NCBI GenBank assembly: GCA_044225365.1
Contig: JBGAIQ010000029.1
Coordinates: forward strand, 1 to 61,419
Source: Planctomycetota bacterium
Lineage (GTDB): Bacteria; Planctomycetota; B15-G4; JADJEK01
Length of the DNA: 61,419 nt
Direction: 5' to 3'
Shown: in pieces, positions 36,017-46,306 of the stretch
How positions within the stretch are numbered: position 1 is the stretch's first letter
Layout: every line of letters starts with the position of its first letter
Translations under genes and position numbers: made by a program
The notes under the pieces: model-generated
What the model was told of the DNA's origin: nothing
The model's database searches: none
What the model saw: the letters and a program-made list of their open reading frames with translations, nothing else

Positions 36017-37003
36017 ATGAACTTTAGCGGCGTGATCCTCGCGGGCATCGACGAGGCGGGATACGGTCCCGTGCTCGGTCCCCTGGTCGCGGCGCTCGCC
36101 GCGCTCGAATTCGGTGACGACGCCCCATTCGACGCCCCGCAGGACGGTTGGACGGCGCTCTCGCCCGCCGTCGCGCGCGGCCCCGGCTCGCACGGCCATC
36201 TCGCCGTCTGCGACTCCAAGTTGCTCTACCGCGGTGCGCGCAAACGGGGGCTCGCGGACCTCGAGACGACGGCGCTCTCGTTCTCGACCTGGCAGCACGG
36301 CACGCTCCCGAGAACGGCGAGCGAGTTCCTCGCGCGCCACGCCGGACCGAGCGACGCCCCGATCGCCGAGTACCCTTGGTACGGCGGTTCCTCCGAGCTG
36401 TCGCTGCCGCTCGCGGCGTCCAAGGACGCCGTCCTCGCGCACGCCTCGCGCCTCGCGCACGTCGCCTCGGGCGCCGGGGTCCGCGTCCATCGCCTCTTGG
36501 TCCGCCCCGCACTGGAAGACGAGTTCAACACCCGATCCGAGGCGTTCGGATCGAAAGCGCGCCTCCTGTTCGACCTCAACGTCGACCTGCTGCTGCGCTG
36601 CCGCGATGCGCGCTTGCCCTTGCGCGTCGTGTGCGATCGGCATGGCGGACGCAGCCGCTATCGCGATCTGCTCGCCACGGCCTTCCCGCTCGAACCCGTC
36701 GCGAGCCTCGAGGAGGGTGATTCGGGCTCGAGTTATCGCGTGGGCGGCGGCGCGACATCGCTCGAACTGCTCTACACGACGCGCGGCGAAGAGGTGAGCT
36801 TTGCGACCGCGCTCGCGTCGATCTTCGCGAAGTACACTCGCGAAATGTTCATGGAGGCATTCAACCGCTTCTTCCTCGCGCGCACGCAGGACGTGCGCAA
36901 GACCGCTGGGTACTACACCGACGGAATGCGCTTCGTCGCGGATCTGGAGAAGGCCGGCGCCGTGACGGACGTTGAACGGCAGCGCATGATCCGGCGGCGG
37001 TAG
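36017..37003 (+). CDS. rnhB: Ribonuclease HII-like protein (planctomycete-type, long insertions)
   Basis: AGIDEAGYGPVLGPLV, DSK, CDRHGGR, ALASIFAKYTRE, TAGYYTD. Confidence 0.75.
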   Translation: MNFSGVILAGIDEAGYGPVLGPLVAALAALEFGDDAPFDAPQDGWTALSPAVARGPGSHGHLAVCDSKLLYRGARKRGLADLETTALSFSTWQHGTLPRTASEFLARHAGPSDAPIAEYPWYGGSSELSLPLAASKDAVLAHASRLAHVASGAGVRVHRLLVRPALEDEFNTRSEAFGSKARLLFDLNVDLLLRCRDARLPLRVVCDRHGGRSRYRDLLATAFPLEPVASLEEGDSGSSYRVGGGATSLELLYTTRGEEVSFATALASIFAKYTREMFMEAFNRFFLARTQDVRKTAGYYTDGMRFVADLEKAGAVTDVERQRMIRRR

Positions 37004-37050
37004 CACCGGCAGTCGTTCGTTCCGTCGCGGAGTTCGATAACATCGCAACC

Positions 37051-38145
37051 GTGATCCCCGAATCCGTACCCGCACCATCGCATCGCACCCGTTGCCGGCC
37101 ACGATGGGTCGGTGTCGCCGCGTTGCCCCTCCTTGCGGGCTGCGCGACCGAATCCGGCGCGCCGCTGCCCGAATCCCAGTCGTTCGACGTCACGCGGATC
37201 TCCGATCTGAAGCTCGATGCTGCCGTTCGTTCGATCGCCGCCGGTCAGGGCGTCGTCTTCGTCGGCCTCGGGAATGGCGAAGTCGTCGCGATCGATGTCA
37301 GTGAGCCGCTCGCGCCCGAAGCGATCGGCAAGGTCGAGCACGTCGACGCGAACTTGCTCGCTTTCTCCGAGGATCGGCTCTTCGCGCTCGCACCCAACTC
37401 CCTCACGACGATCGACGCCGTCGACCCCCGCGCGCCGAAGATCCTCGAACATCGCGACGTGAACGGCGGCAGTTCCCTCGCCGCTTCCGCCGCTCGCGCG
37501 ATCGTCACGGCCGGCAATCGCGTCCTCGTCGGTGCCGAGGCCCAGCGCCCGCAGGTGCTCCCGTTCACGGATACGGGCGCTACGGGCGATACGGTCGGCA
37601 TCGCGGTCGCCTGGCGTGCCGAGCGGATCGGCGTCGTCACGACGACACCGGGCGACATCTTCTCGCGCGGCGCCGTCCCGCAACTGAGGATCTTCGAAAG
37701 CAGGCGCGGCAAGGCGCTGCTCGCGGCGGAACAGCTCGGATCGATCGAACTCGGCAGTGCCGGCGAACTCGCGGGCTGCAAGTCCGCCGACCTCGTCCTC
37801 GCTCACGACCGCAGCGACCGCGCCTACCTCTGTGCGTCGGGTCACGTCCTCGGCGTCGATCTCGGCGATGCCACCGCGCCGAAACCCTTCCTCGACCTCG
37901 CCGTTCCCGGCGCCCGCACGATTGGCTTCGGTCGCGAGTTCCTCGCGGTCGGCGGCGACGGCCTCACCGTCATCGACGTCGCGCAGGATGCCGCGCCGAC
38001 GATCTCCCGCCGAGCGGGAAGCGGCAGCGCGATCCTCGACCTCGCGGTCGTCGGCGATCTCGTCTTCGTCGCGGCTGGCGAGGACGGACTGCGCATCTAC
38101 CGCGTGAGCCGCCCGAGTCCACCGAGCGCGGACGACGCGAAATGA
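37051..38145 (+). CDS. Lipoprotein with LVIVD-type beta-propeller repeats
   Basis: LLAGC lipobox. VVAIDVSEP, LTTIDAVDP, GLTVIDVA, VFVAAGEDGLRIY. Confidence 0.7.
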   Translation: MIPESVPAPSHRTRCRPRWVGVAALPLLAGCATESGAPLPESQSFDVTRISDLKLDAAVRSIAAGQGVVFVGLGNGEVVAIDVSEPLAPEAIGKVEHVDANLLAFSEDRLFALAPNSLTTIDAVDPRAPKILEHRDVNGGSSLAASAARAIVTAGNRVLVGAEAQRPQVLPFTDTGATGDTVGIAVAWRAERIGVVTTTPGDIFSRGAVPQLRIFESRRGKALLAAEQLGSIELGSAGELAGCKSADLVLAHDRSDRAYLCASGHVLGVDLGDATAPKPFLDLAVPGARTIGFGREFLAVGGDGLTVIDVAQDAAPTISRRAGSGSAILDLAVVGDLVFVAAGEDGLRIYRVSRPSPPSADDAK

Positions 38146-38152
38146 GCGCCGC

Positions 38153-39394
38153 GTGACGACGCAACAGCGCACGCCGCTGCTCCCCATCGCCATCGCGCTC
38201 ATCGCAATCGTTGCGATCGGCCTGCGCCTGTTCCAGATCACGAGCCTGCCCCCGAGCGACACCGAAGCGCTCGGGATCGGCGCGCCGAACTTCCTCCCCG
38301 TCTCGACTTCCCTCACCCTCACGCGCGGGATCGCCGCGGCACTCTCGCTCGCGGCGTTGCTCGTCATCGCCTGGACCTCGCTGCGAGCCGCGCAACCTGA
38401 CGACCGCAGGCTCGCCCTCATCGCGCCGCTCCTCCTCGCGCTCGATCCGCTCGCGATCGCGGCGGCGCGCGAATCGCCGCGCGCGGGCGCGCTCACGCTC
38501 CTCGGCGCCCTGCTCGTCGCACTCATCGCGCAGCAGCCCGCGCCGCGACCTCGCGCGCGCGTTGCCGTCGTCGCGTTGCTCATTTCAATGGGCGCAATTG
38601 GCGTTTTCCTCGCGCTCCTCCGCACGAGCGGCGATGCGCCGATCCCCGTCGACGCCGCCGTCGCCGCCTGGTTCGACGAGCACTCGGGAAGTCACGGCGC
38701 ATTCTTCGGCTGGCTCGCGCGGCGCCTCGCCACTTTGCATCATCTCGGCTACGCGATCGTGCCGCTCGCGCTCGGCTCGATCTTCACGAATCGGCGTTGC
38801 CTCGCGCTGTTCCTCGTCGCGCTCGGGCTCGACCTGCTCGGCGTCGATCTCCTCTTCGGCGACGGCCTGCGCACGATCGATCATGCGCTGCTCTCTCCCG
38901 TCGTGGCGTGGCTCGCCGCGAGCACGCTCGCCGGCTTTCGCAAGCAAGGCGCCGAGCTTGGAGTGCCGTGGCCCGCGATCCTCGGTGCGATCGCGATCGT
39001 CCTCGCCGTCAACGCACCCGTCCTGCTCTCCGACGCGCTCACTGGAATGCGTTTTCCGTGGCATCGCGTTCGGGCCTACCTCGACGCCGACAAGAGCCTC
39101 GACCGCGCGAAGACGACGTTCTACACCTCGACGCCCGCCACCGCGAAGCGCGCGCTCGGCGACTCGTTCCACGTCGCGTCGATGCAGATCGGAGATCCGC
39201 TCTTCAAGCTCGCGGATGGCTCGCCTTCGGTGTTCCTGATCCCCGTGAACGTCGACCAGGCTCACGGCCCGAACTTCACGCGCTCCGACCCGCAGCTCGG
39301 ATTCGCCGAATCGGTGAAGCTCGCCGACGAGGACATCATCGCGAAGCGTTTCGACCTCTACCGCTTCGAGGTGCGGATCTTCCGCCCGCGGTAG
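38153..39394 (+). CDS. Hypothetical multi-pass membrane protein (GT-C-like layout possible)
   Basis: About 10 hydrophobic segments plus a C-terminal soluble domain. LRLF.I...DTE N-terminal loop. Confidence 0.6.
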   Translation: MTTQQRTPLLPIAIALIAIVAIGLRLFQITSLPPSDTEALGIGAPNFLPVSTSLTLTRGIAAALSLAALLVIAWTSLRAAQPDDRRLALIAPLLLALDPLAIAAARESPRAGALTLLGALLVALIAQQPAPRPRARVAVVALLISMGAIGVFLALLRTSGDAPIPVDAAVAAWFDEHSGSHGAFFGWLARRLATLHHLGYAIVPLALGSIFTNRRCLALFLVALGLDLLGVDLLFGDGLRTIDHALLSPVVAWLAASTLAGFRKQGAELGVPWPAILGAIAIVLAVNAPVLLSDALTGMRFPWHRVRAYLDADKSLDRAKTTFYTSTPATAKRALGDSFHVASMQIGDPLFKLADGSPSVFLIPVNVDQAHGPNFTRSDPQLGFAESVKLADEDIIAKRFDLYRFEVRIFRPR

Positions 39395-39457
39395 AATGTG
39401 CCAATCCGGCAGGAGCACGCTGGGGTGGAGGCGGGGATCGTGGAACGAGCAACGAGG

Positions 39458-41632
39458 ATGTCATCGGCCTTCACCGCCCTCGCGGCGCTGTTTCTCCTAT
39501 CCCTGTCTGCCGCGGGCGTCGCGTACGAGTTCCTCGTTCCGCCGCGCAAGGGATCGCTCCGAGTCCTCGTCGCCGATCGGATGGGCCCGCTGCCCGGCGC
39601 GAGGGTCCTGCTTCGCGATGGAACGAACCACCGCCTCCTCGCTGAGGCATGCGCCGATGCGCGAGGTGAAGCTTTCTTCGATCCACCCTCCGAGAGTGCG
39701 CTCGTGATTGCTAGCGCCTCGCGTGACGGCGCGGCACGGATCGGCCAGCAAGTGATCCAGGGCGCGCCCGATCGCTTGGAGGCTGCCGGAGGAACCGGCT
39801 TCCTCTGCCTCGCCCTGCCGCCCGGACGCATCGAGGGCCGATTCGAGGGCGCCGTGCCCGATCGAATGGAGGTCGCCCTCTTCCAGAGTTTTCGCAATGC
39901 TTCGATCTCACCCTCCGAGAGTCCCATCGCTCGGACCGTCGCCGTCGGGGGACGCTTCGTGTTCGAGGATCTCGTCGCCGGCGACTATGCGATCGGGCCC
40001 GCTTCGAACGTCGACGCTCATTTGGACCGGCGCAATCTCGACACCGAGCCGCTCCTTCCCGCGATCGAACGAAGCGAATCGCTTTACGATGGTCCATCGG
40101 ACGTCCGGTGCGAAGTCCTCGCGGGCGGCACGACACGAATCGGTTCGATCTACCTGACGCGAGGCTGCCGGCTGCGCGGCGTGGTGACCGACGACCACGG
40201 AGAACCCATCCGTCATGCGACGGTCTTCGCGACGTCGGCCGAATCTCGCCCGCCGCGAATGTCCAGCTCGATCGGCGAATTCAACTTTGGGTACTTTCGG
40301 CTCTCCGCCGCGTCCTGGCCTGCTCGACGTCGGCTCCTCGCCCGCACGACGACGACCGACGAGTCGGGGCGCTACGAATTCGTCGGCCTCCATCCGCAGC
40401 GACATCGCGTCGAGGCGTTCGCACCCGGCTACGCGCTCGCCTGGCAAAACGTTCTCATCGGTCTGGCCGCTACCACTTCGAATTTCTCCCTCGAGCGCGG
40501 CGTCGAGGTCCGCGGAATCGCTGCACCGAACGAGTTGCTCGATCTCACGATGTTGGGAGAGAAGGGTCCGCGAGAGAGTGTGCTCACGGACGAGGACGGG
40601 CGATTCGAGTTCGCTCCCGTTCCGCTCGGTACTGCGGTGATCGAGTTCGACTCCGATCCGCTGTGGGGCGCACAATCCGAACGCCTCGAGGCCGCGCGTC
40701 TCCTGGTCGGCCGCGACTCGGTGAGCGATCTGGACCTGCGAAGGGTCGGGGTTCCCGTCACCCTACGCCTCACGACGCGGGGAGAACCCGCGACGAACGT
40801 CCGCGTTGTCCATCGCGGCATCGAACGAACCACGGATGCGCGCGGCGAGGCGAACCTGCTCGCGACGAATCCCGATCGATTCGACTCCGTCGTCCGCGTC
40901 GACGTGTCCGGGCTCCCGCGCTTCTACTCGGTCAGCGAAGAGTTCGACCCGCCACCTTCGAAGCCCGGCGGAGAGCGGGTCGTGTCGATCGAGACCGGAT
41001 CGAGTTCCATTGATATCGTCGCATTCGACCGCTCCGGTGCGCCCGCGCGAGCCCATCTGAAGCAGCTCGTACGATTCGTGTCCGAGTCGACGCCGGCGAT
41101 GGAACCCGTCCCTTCGGACGCGCGATTCGATTTCGACGACTTCGCCGTGCCGCTGACGACACCCTGCTTGCTCGAGGCGCTGCCCTCCGGCGACTACTTC
41201 GCGGTTGCGCGATTCGACAGCGGCGCGCTCGTCGCTGTGCACGGTCCGGTGCGGGAAGGGACGACACGATTCGAGTTCCGCGAACCGGACACTCGCACGG
41301 TCCGCTTCACGCTGACGGATGAGTCTGGCGCCCTGCGGCGTGGCGTTCGCTTCGCGGTCCAGCCCAGCGACGAGGACACCTCGATCGACAACTATTTCGG
41401 CGCAGGCACATTGATCGAAGGAGTGACGGACGCGGACGGGGTCGTGACGCTCCGCGGGATCCATGTCGGTCTTTCGCGGTTGGTCGTCAACTCGAACTCT
41501 CCGAGCGACGATGTGATCTCCGGACCGGTGACGATCGCCGAGATCGTCGTCGAATCGGGTGAACGCGATCTCACCCAGGACGTTCGGGTGACCGCGCCCG
41601 GATGGGTGCGAAGCGAATTCGACGGCCGATAG
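39458..41632 (+). CDS. Carboxypeptidase-regulatory-like repeat protein (tandem paralogue 1)
   Basis: GAGG RBS, N-terminal TM. GRIEGRFEGAVP, FVFEDL..GDY, LRGVVTDD.GEPI, TDESGRYEF.GL. Confidence 0.75.
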   Translation: MSSAFTALAALFLLSLSAAGVAYEFLVPPRKGSLRVLVADRMGPLPGARVLLRDGTNHRLLAEACADARGEAFFDPPSESALVIASASRDGAARIGQQVIQGAPDRLEAAGGTGFLCLALPPGRIEGRFEGAVPDRMEVALFQSFRNASISPSESPIARTVAVGGRFVFEDLVAGDYAIGPASNVDAHLDRRNLDTEPLLPAIERSESLYDGPSDVRCEVLAGGTTRIGSIYLTRGCRLRGVVTDDHGEPIRHATVFATSAESRPPRMSSSIGEFNFGYFRLSAASWPARRRLLARTTTTDESGRYEFVGLHPQRHRVEAFAPGYALAWQNVLIGLAATTSNFSLERGVEVRGIAAPNELLDLTMLGEKGPRESVLTDEDGRFEFAPVPLGTAVIEFDSDPLWGAQSERLEAARLLVGRDSVSDLDLRRVGVPVTLRLTTRGEPATNVRVVHRGIERTTDARGEANLLATNPDRFDSVVRVDVSGLPRFYSVSEEFDPPPSKPGGERVVSIETGSSSIDIVAFDRSGAPARAHLKQLVRFVSESTPAMEPVPSDARFDFDDFAVPLTTPCLLEALPSGDYFAVARFDSGALVAVHGPVREGTTRFEFREPDTRTVRFTLTDESGALRRGVRFAVQPSDEDTSIDNYFGAGTLIEGVTDADGVVTLRGIHVGLSRLVVNSNSPSDDVISGPVTIAEIVVESGERDLTQDVRVTAPGWVRSEFDGR

Positions 41633-41651
41633 TCCGCAGCACGGACCACTC

Positions 41652-43247
41652 ATGAGACTCCAACTGCCGGTTCTTTGCGTTTCGATCGCAACGCTCGCGT
41701 CCCTCCTCGCGATGATCGTCGGAATCGAATTCGAAGGTCTTGCACTCTCCGTCCGCAACGAGCGGAACGAGGGAATCGAACCGGCCCCCCAGCTCGCGAG
41801 CATCGTCGCTCCGGGCCGCATCGAGGGACTGTTCACGGGAGACGTCCCCGACGAGTTCCTCGTGGATCTGTACCCCGTCAAGGAGACTCTCGGACTGGCG
41901 TCGCATTTCGTGCCGCTCGACGAGGCTCCCATCGCCATCACGAGCGCGAGGTCCGGGGCTTTCGCATTCGAGAACCTCGCTCCCGGGGGCTACGGCATCC
42001 GTCCGGATCGGAATTCGAATCGTCTCTACGCGTTTGCAGGGATGGACGAGTGTCGTTGGGTCGAAGTGAATTCGGGGTGCACAGGACGGAGCTTCGAGAA
42101 GCTCCGACTCACGAAGGGATGCCTCGTACGCGGCACCGTCGAAGCCGTAGGAAGAAGCCCCGCAGCGAACGCACATGTCTTCGCGATCGAATCCACGCTC
42201 GCCGATGATCTCGCGTGGCTCACGAATCTCGAGAATCTCATCGGTCACCGGTACCGTCGTAACGATACGACGTGGATCGAAACCATCTTGCGAAGAGCGC
42301 ACCACGGCCGCGCCGACTCACACGGGCACTACGAGATCCGAGCGCTCGAGCGAGGCACGTATCGCGTGTTCGCCGCGACGGAGGACGGATCCATCTCGCC
42401 GAAGCGATCGATCCAGGCGACCCCGGATTCCAGCGCCGTCGACTTCGTCGTCGAGCCCGGCGGATTCGTTCGCGGAGTTGCCCGTTCGCACAGCGTTCTC
42501 GCACTTCGCAGAGCTGAGGAACACGATCCTCGTGAGATCCTCGAGTCCTCGGACGCCGGACAGTTCGCGTTCCTCCCGATCCCGGAGGGAGACGCCGTGA
42601 TCGAATCGCTCGGGGACGATATGGGACTTCGACGGGGCCCGGCCTTCGAACTCGCACGCATCCATGTGGCCAGGAACTCGACTGCGACCCTTGATCTGCG
42701 CGCGAGCGGATTTCCGGTCACCGTGACGATCCTCTCAGGAGGGATTCCCGTGACACGCGGCTCCGCTCTCTTCCGGGGCATGCAAATGCCTCCGGACGAT
42801 GCCGGAAGGATCACGCTCTACTCCGAAAGCGCGGGCGAGCAGAACCTCTCCTTCCGCTTCGTCCTCGACGACGTCGCTCACACTCTGTGTCCCGAGGTCG
42901 CCGTCGTCCCAGGAACATCCTGCGCGACCACGATCGACATCGGGTCGTGCTCGCTCGCGATCGCCGCGATCGAATCGAACGGCTCGATCGCGAAGGCCAC
43001 GCTCACGGACCTTCATCGGGAGTACTTCGCCCAAAAGACAGCCGGCGCTTCCGGGCGGCATGGAATCGAATGCCGCAAGCACGTCATCGATCGCGACACG
43101 TCGCAGCGGATCCACGGTCTCCCCATCGGTCGCTATTCTGCGACGGTCCAGTTCGAGAATGGAGCGATCGGCCAGGCAGCGATCCTCCTCGAGCACGACG
43201 ACGTGCTCTACGTTCGGGAGGGGCAGCACGCGCCTCGCGACTTCTGA
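41652..43247 (+). CDS. Carboxypeptidase-regulatory-like repeat protein (tandem paralogue 2)
   Basis: N-terminal TM. GRIEGLFTGDVP, FAFENLAPGGY, ADSHGHYEIRAL. Confidence 0.72.
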   Translation: MRLQLPVLCVSIATLASLLAMIVGIEFEGLALSVRNERNEGIEPAPQLASIVAPGRIEGLFTGDVPDEFLVDLYPVKETLGLASHFVPLDEAPIAITSARSGAFAFENLAPGGYGIRPDRNSNRLYAFAGMDECRWVEVNSGCTGRSFEKLRLTKGCLVRGTVEAVGRSPAANAHVFAIESTLADDLAWLTNLENLIGHRYRRNDTTWIETILRRAHHGRADSHGHYEIRALERGTYRVFAATEDGSISPKRSIQATPDSSAVDFVVEPGGFVRGVARSHSVLALRRAEEHDPREILESSDAGQFAFLPIPEGDAVIESLGDDMGLRRGPAFELARIHVARNSTATLDLRASGFPVTVTILSGGIPVTRGSALFRGMQMPPDDAGRITLYSESAGEQNLSFRFVLDDVAHTLCPEVAVVPGTSCATTIDIGSCSLAIAAIESNGSIAKATLTDLHREYFAQKTAGASGRHGIECRKHVIDRDTSQRIHGLPIGRYSATVQFENGAIGQAAILLEHDDVLYVREGQHAPRDF

Positions 43248-43342
43248 TCCGCAGGGCCTCGAACCACGGCCTCCGGCGAGAAACGACGCGAGGACGAGGA
43301 GTCCCCGCCTACGATCGAAGTCCGCACTTCGCATTCGTGAGT

Positions 43343-43360
43343 TTCACTGAATTCAGTGAA
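43343..43360. promoter_or_regulatory. Perfect 18-bp palindrome, candidate operator
   Basis: TTCACTGAATTCAGTGAA, AT-rich and intergenic. Confidence 0.45.
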
Positions 43361-43466
43361 TACGGCGCCCACCGCGAGGTGTCGGACGGGCCGCTCCACG
43401 GAAACGTGGAGGTCAAGAGGCAAGGCAGGAACGATGACAGCAGGACGGTGCATTCGTGTCAGGGCG

Positions 43467-45692
43467 ATGAATTCGGGCTTCACGCTTCGTGGCGTGGCGC
43501 TCGCGATCGCCGCGGCGGCGTGCCTCGCGTTCGTCCTGTTGGCCCTGCGATCGAACGCACCGGCCCTTTCATCGGTGCAGGCGACGCAGTCGATGCAGAC
43601 GCCGGCAGCGGCGGACGCGGAAGCGCCGTCGAAGGAGGTCGCCGCTTCGCCGCAGCCATCCGCGGTCGTGCCCGACGCCGCGGCCAGCGTTCCGACGCGC
43701 GAGGTCGCTACCCCGGAAGGTCCCGCCACGCACGTCCGGATCCTCGTGGTCGATTCGAACGACACGCGCGTCGCGGGCGCGCGGGTGCGGGTCCTCGATC
43801 CCACGACGCAGGTCGCGTTCGCCGATTCCGAGACGAACGCCGCCGGCGAAGTCGATCTCCTCACGCCGAACTGGATCTCGATCGAGGCCAACAAAGGCGA
43901 AGGCCACGCGGCGCTTCGATTCATCGATCTTTCGCGCGCGCCAGCGGGAACACGAGTCTTCACGCTCGTTCTCGCTCGGGCCGGATCCATCGAGGGCAGT
44001 CTGGGCGGCGCCGTACCGCGATCGATCGGCGTGCGACTGATCTCGACCGCGATCGGAAGTCCGTACGCGCTGCGCGGCGTCGCAACGATCGCGGAGACAG
44101 CGGCAGAGAACGGTCACTTCCGGTTCGGCGATCTCGCTCCCGGCTTCTATGGCCTCGTGCTCGATCCCAAGGGGAATCGCCATTTCCAGCTCCCCCACGC
44201 GGCGCCCTGGCCGAGCGAGAACAACGTCGCGCCCGTCGTCGTCGAAGTGAAGCCCGCCGAGACCACGACCCTCGCCCTCGATCTCGTGGAAGGCGGCGTG
44301 CTGAGCGGGACGGTTCGCGACGAGTCCGGCGCTCCGGTACGCGACGCCGCCGTGTCCGTCGTGCTCGCGTCCGAGCACCCCAACCTCGGCGACATGCGCG
44401 TCGACGGTGTCTTCATCGGTTCGAGCGGTTCGAGTGACTGGGGCGATTGGGGTTCACCGCAATTCGTTCTCCACCCCGAGATCCACAGGAGCGGGCGAAC
44501 GGACGCGAACGGCCGTTTCGGATTCCTCGGACTGCAGACGGGGCGGCATCGCGTCGAAGTCGTTGCGAAGGGCTTCGCCTTCGAACGCCGCGAGGACGTG
44601 CTCGTCTCTGCCATGCCTTCGACATTGGATCTCATCGTGAAGATCGGCGGATTCGTCGACGTGATCGCGCAGGAGGGACGCCTCATCGCGTTCACGATGA
44701 CGGGCGAGAGCAAACCGCGAGTCATCGTGCGTTCGCCACGAGGAGCCGGCTTCAACTTGCCGAGTCTGCCCGCGGGTGAACTCGTCGCGACGCTGCTTCA
44801 TGGATACTCGCTCGAAGGGGCGACCGAGCTCGCCCGTACCCGAGTGATCGCTCACCAGCGCACGCTCCTCGATCTCACGCGCACGGGCGTGCCGGTGCAT
44901 CTGCGGGTCGTGTCACGAGGCCTGCCGGTCACGAACGCGCGCGTCGTTCACGCCGGCATCTCCTCGGTGACGGACCGGGACGGCAGGGTCGACCTGTTCG
45001 CCGACGTGGAGGATGGCCCGCAAGAAGCGATCGAGGTCGATGCCTTTGGCGTGCGGCGTCTCGGACTCGACGCGTTCAGCGCCGTCGGCGATTCCGAGAC
45101 GTCGAAGACGATCGACCTCGGGAGCAACGCGCTCACGATCGCGACGCTCGATGCGAAGGGCCATCCCGTCGCCGCGACGCTCGCGCGGCTCACGCTCTAC
45201 CCGGCGCAGGATCCCGTCGGAGCCACCCACTCCTGGGCGATCGATGCGACCGAACTTCGGCTCGAGGGCCCCGAGCCTCGGCGTCTCCTCGGTCTGCCGG
45301 ACGGGCAGTACACGATCGAAATCCGATTCGAGAGCGGTGCGATCGTCACGACGTCCCTCGCGCTCGACGGCGATCGTACGGTGACGGCGACCGAACCCGG
45401 CGTGGGCGACATCCGGGTGAAGGTGATCGATCGCACGCGGCGCGCCGTCGCCGATCAGAGGGTCATCGCGTCGACGGCGTTCGGCACGAAGGACCTCTGC
45501 CAGGTCGAAGGCAAGACGGATGCCGACGGCATGGTCCTGCTGCGAGGCGTGCGGATCGGTTCCGTCCGCGTGCAGGTGGTGCCGTGGATGTTCAGCTCGG
45601 AGGAACCGCCCGAGCGGTTCGCGGACTTCCGGGAGGTCGATCTCGGACTCCGAGAGACGAAGGACGTCACGCTCACGCTCGAGGCCCGCTGA
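43467..45692 (+). CDS. Carboxypeptidase-regulatory-like repeat protein (tandem paralogue 3)
   Basis: N-terminal TM. GSIEGSLGGAVP, FRFGDLAPGFY, LSGTVRDESGAPV, TDANGRFGFLGL. Start position uncertain. Confidence 0.75.
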   Translation: MNSGFTLRGVALAIAAAACLAFVLLALRSNAPALSSVQATQSMQTPAAADAEAPSKEVAASPQPSAVVPDAAASVPTREVATPEGPATHVRILVVDSNDTRVAGARVRVLDPTTQVAFADSETNAAGEVDLLTPNWISIEANKGEGHAALRFIDLSRAPAGTRVFTLVLARAGSIEGSLGGAVPRSIGVRLISTAIGSPYALRGVATIAETAAENGHFRFGDLAPGFYGLVLDPKGNRHFQLPHAAPWPSENNVAPVVVEVKPAETTTLALDLVEGGVLSGTVRDESGAPVRDAAVSVVLASEHPNLGDMRVDGVFIGSSGSSDWGDWGSPQFVLHPEIHRSGRTDANGRFGFLGLQTGRHRVEVVAKGFAFERREDVLVSAMPSTLDLIVKIGGFVDVIAQEGRLIAFTMTGESKPRVIVRSPRGAGFNLPSLPAGELVATLLHGYSLEGATELARTRVIAHQRTLLDLTRTGVPVHLRVVSRGLPVTNARVVHAGISSVTDRDGRVDLFADVEDGPQEAIEVDAFGVRRLGLDAFSAVGDSETSKTIDLGSNALTIATLDAKGHPVAATLARLTLYPAQDPVGATHSWAIDATELRLEGPEPRRLLGLPDGQYTIEIRFESGAIVTTSLALDGDRTVTATEPGVGDIRVKVIDRTRRAVADQRVIASTAFGTKDLCQVEGKTDADGMVLLRGVRIGSVRVQVVPWMFSSEEPPERFADFREVDLGLRETKDVTLTLEAR

Positions 45693-45708
45693 CGAATCAC
45701 GAACTCGT

Positions 45709-46272
45709 TCAGGCGTGTGAGTCCCAGCACACGTCGGCGCGGCCCTTCGCCTTGTTCTCGTAGCGCGCCGCGACGAAGAGGAAGTCCGAGAGGCGATTGA
45801 GATAAGCGAGCGTGAACGGACCCGTCTTCTCGTGATGGCGCAGCGCCACGAGCGAGCGCTCGGCGCGGCGACAGACGCAACGCGCGACGTGGAGCAGCGC
45901 CGAACCGGGAGCGCCGCCCGGCAGGATGAAGTTCGCGAGCGCGCCGACGGTTTCGTTCACGTCGTCGATCGCGGCTTCGAGCGCGTCGATGTGCCGCTGT
46001 TCGACCTGCGGCAATTTCAGGCCCTGCTTCTCGTCCTCGGCGAAGCAGAGGTCGGAGCCGAGATTGAACAGCTCGTTCTGGACCCGCCGCAGGATCGCGT
46101 CGACCTTCGCATCGAGTCCCATCGCGAGCGCGACACCGATCGAGGAATTCAGTTCGTCGACGTCGCCGTAGGCCGCGATTCGCAGCGCATCCTTGGGGAC
46201 GCGACGGCCCGAACCGAGATTCGTCTCGCCCTCATCACCGGTTCGTGTGTAGATGCGCGTGAGTCTCGGCAT
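45709..46272 (-). CDS. pduO: PduO-type ATP:cob(I)alamin adenosyltransferase
   Basis: [51 protein letters not shown]. Confidence 0.93.
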   Translation of the reverse strand: MPRLTRIYTRTGDEGETNLGSGRRVPKDALRIAAYGDVDELNSSIGVALAMGLDAKVDAILRRVQNELFNLGSDLCFAEDEKQGLKLPQVEQRHIDALEAAIDDVNETVGALANFILPGGAPGSALLHVARCVCRRAERSLVALRHHEKTGPFTLAYLNRLSDFLFVAARYENKAKGRADVCWDSHA

Positions 46273-46306
46273 GGGGATCCAAAAAAGCGGTCGAAGTCGC
46301 GATCGA

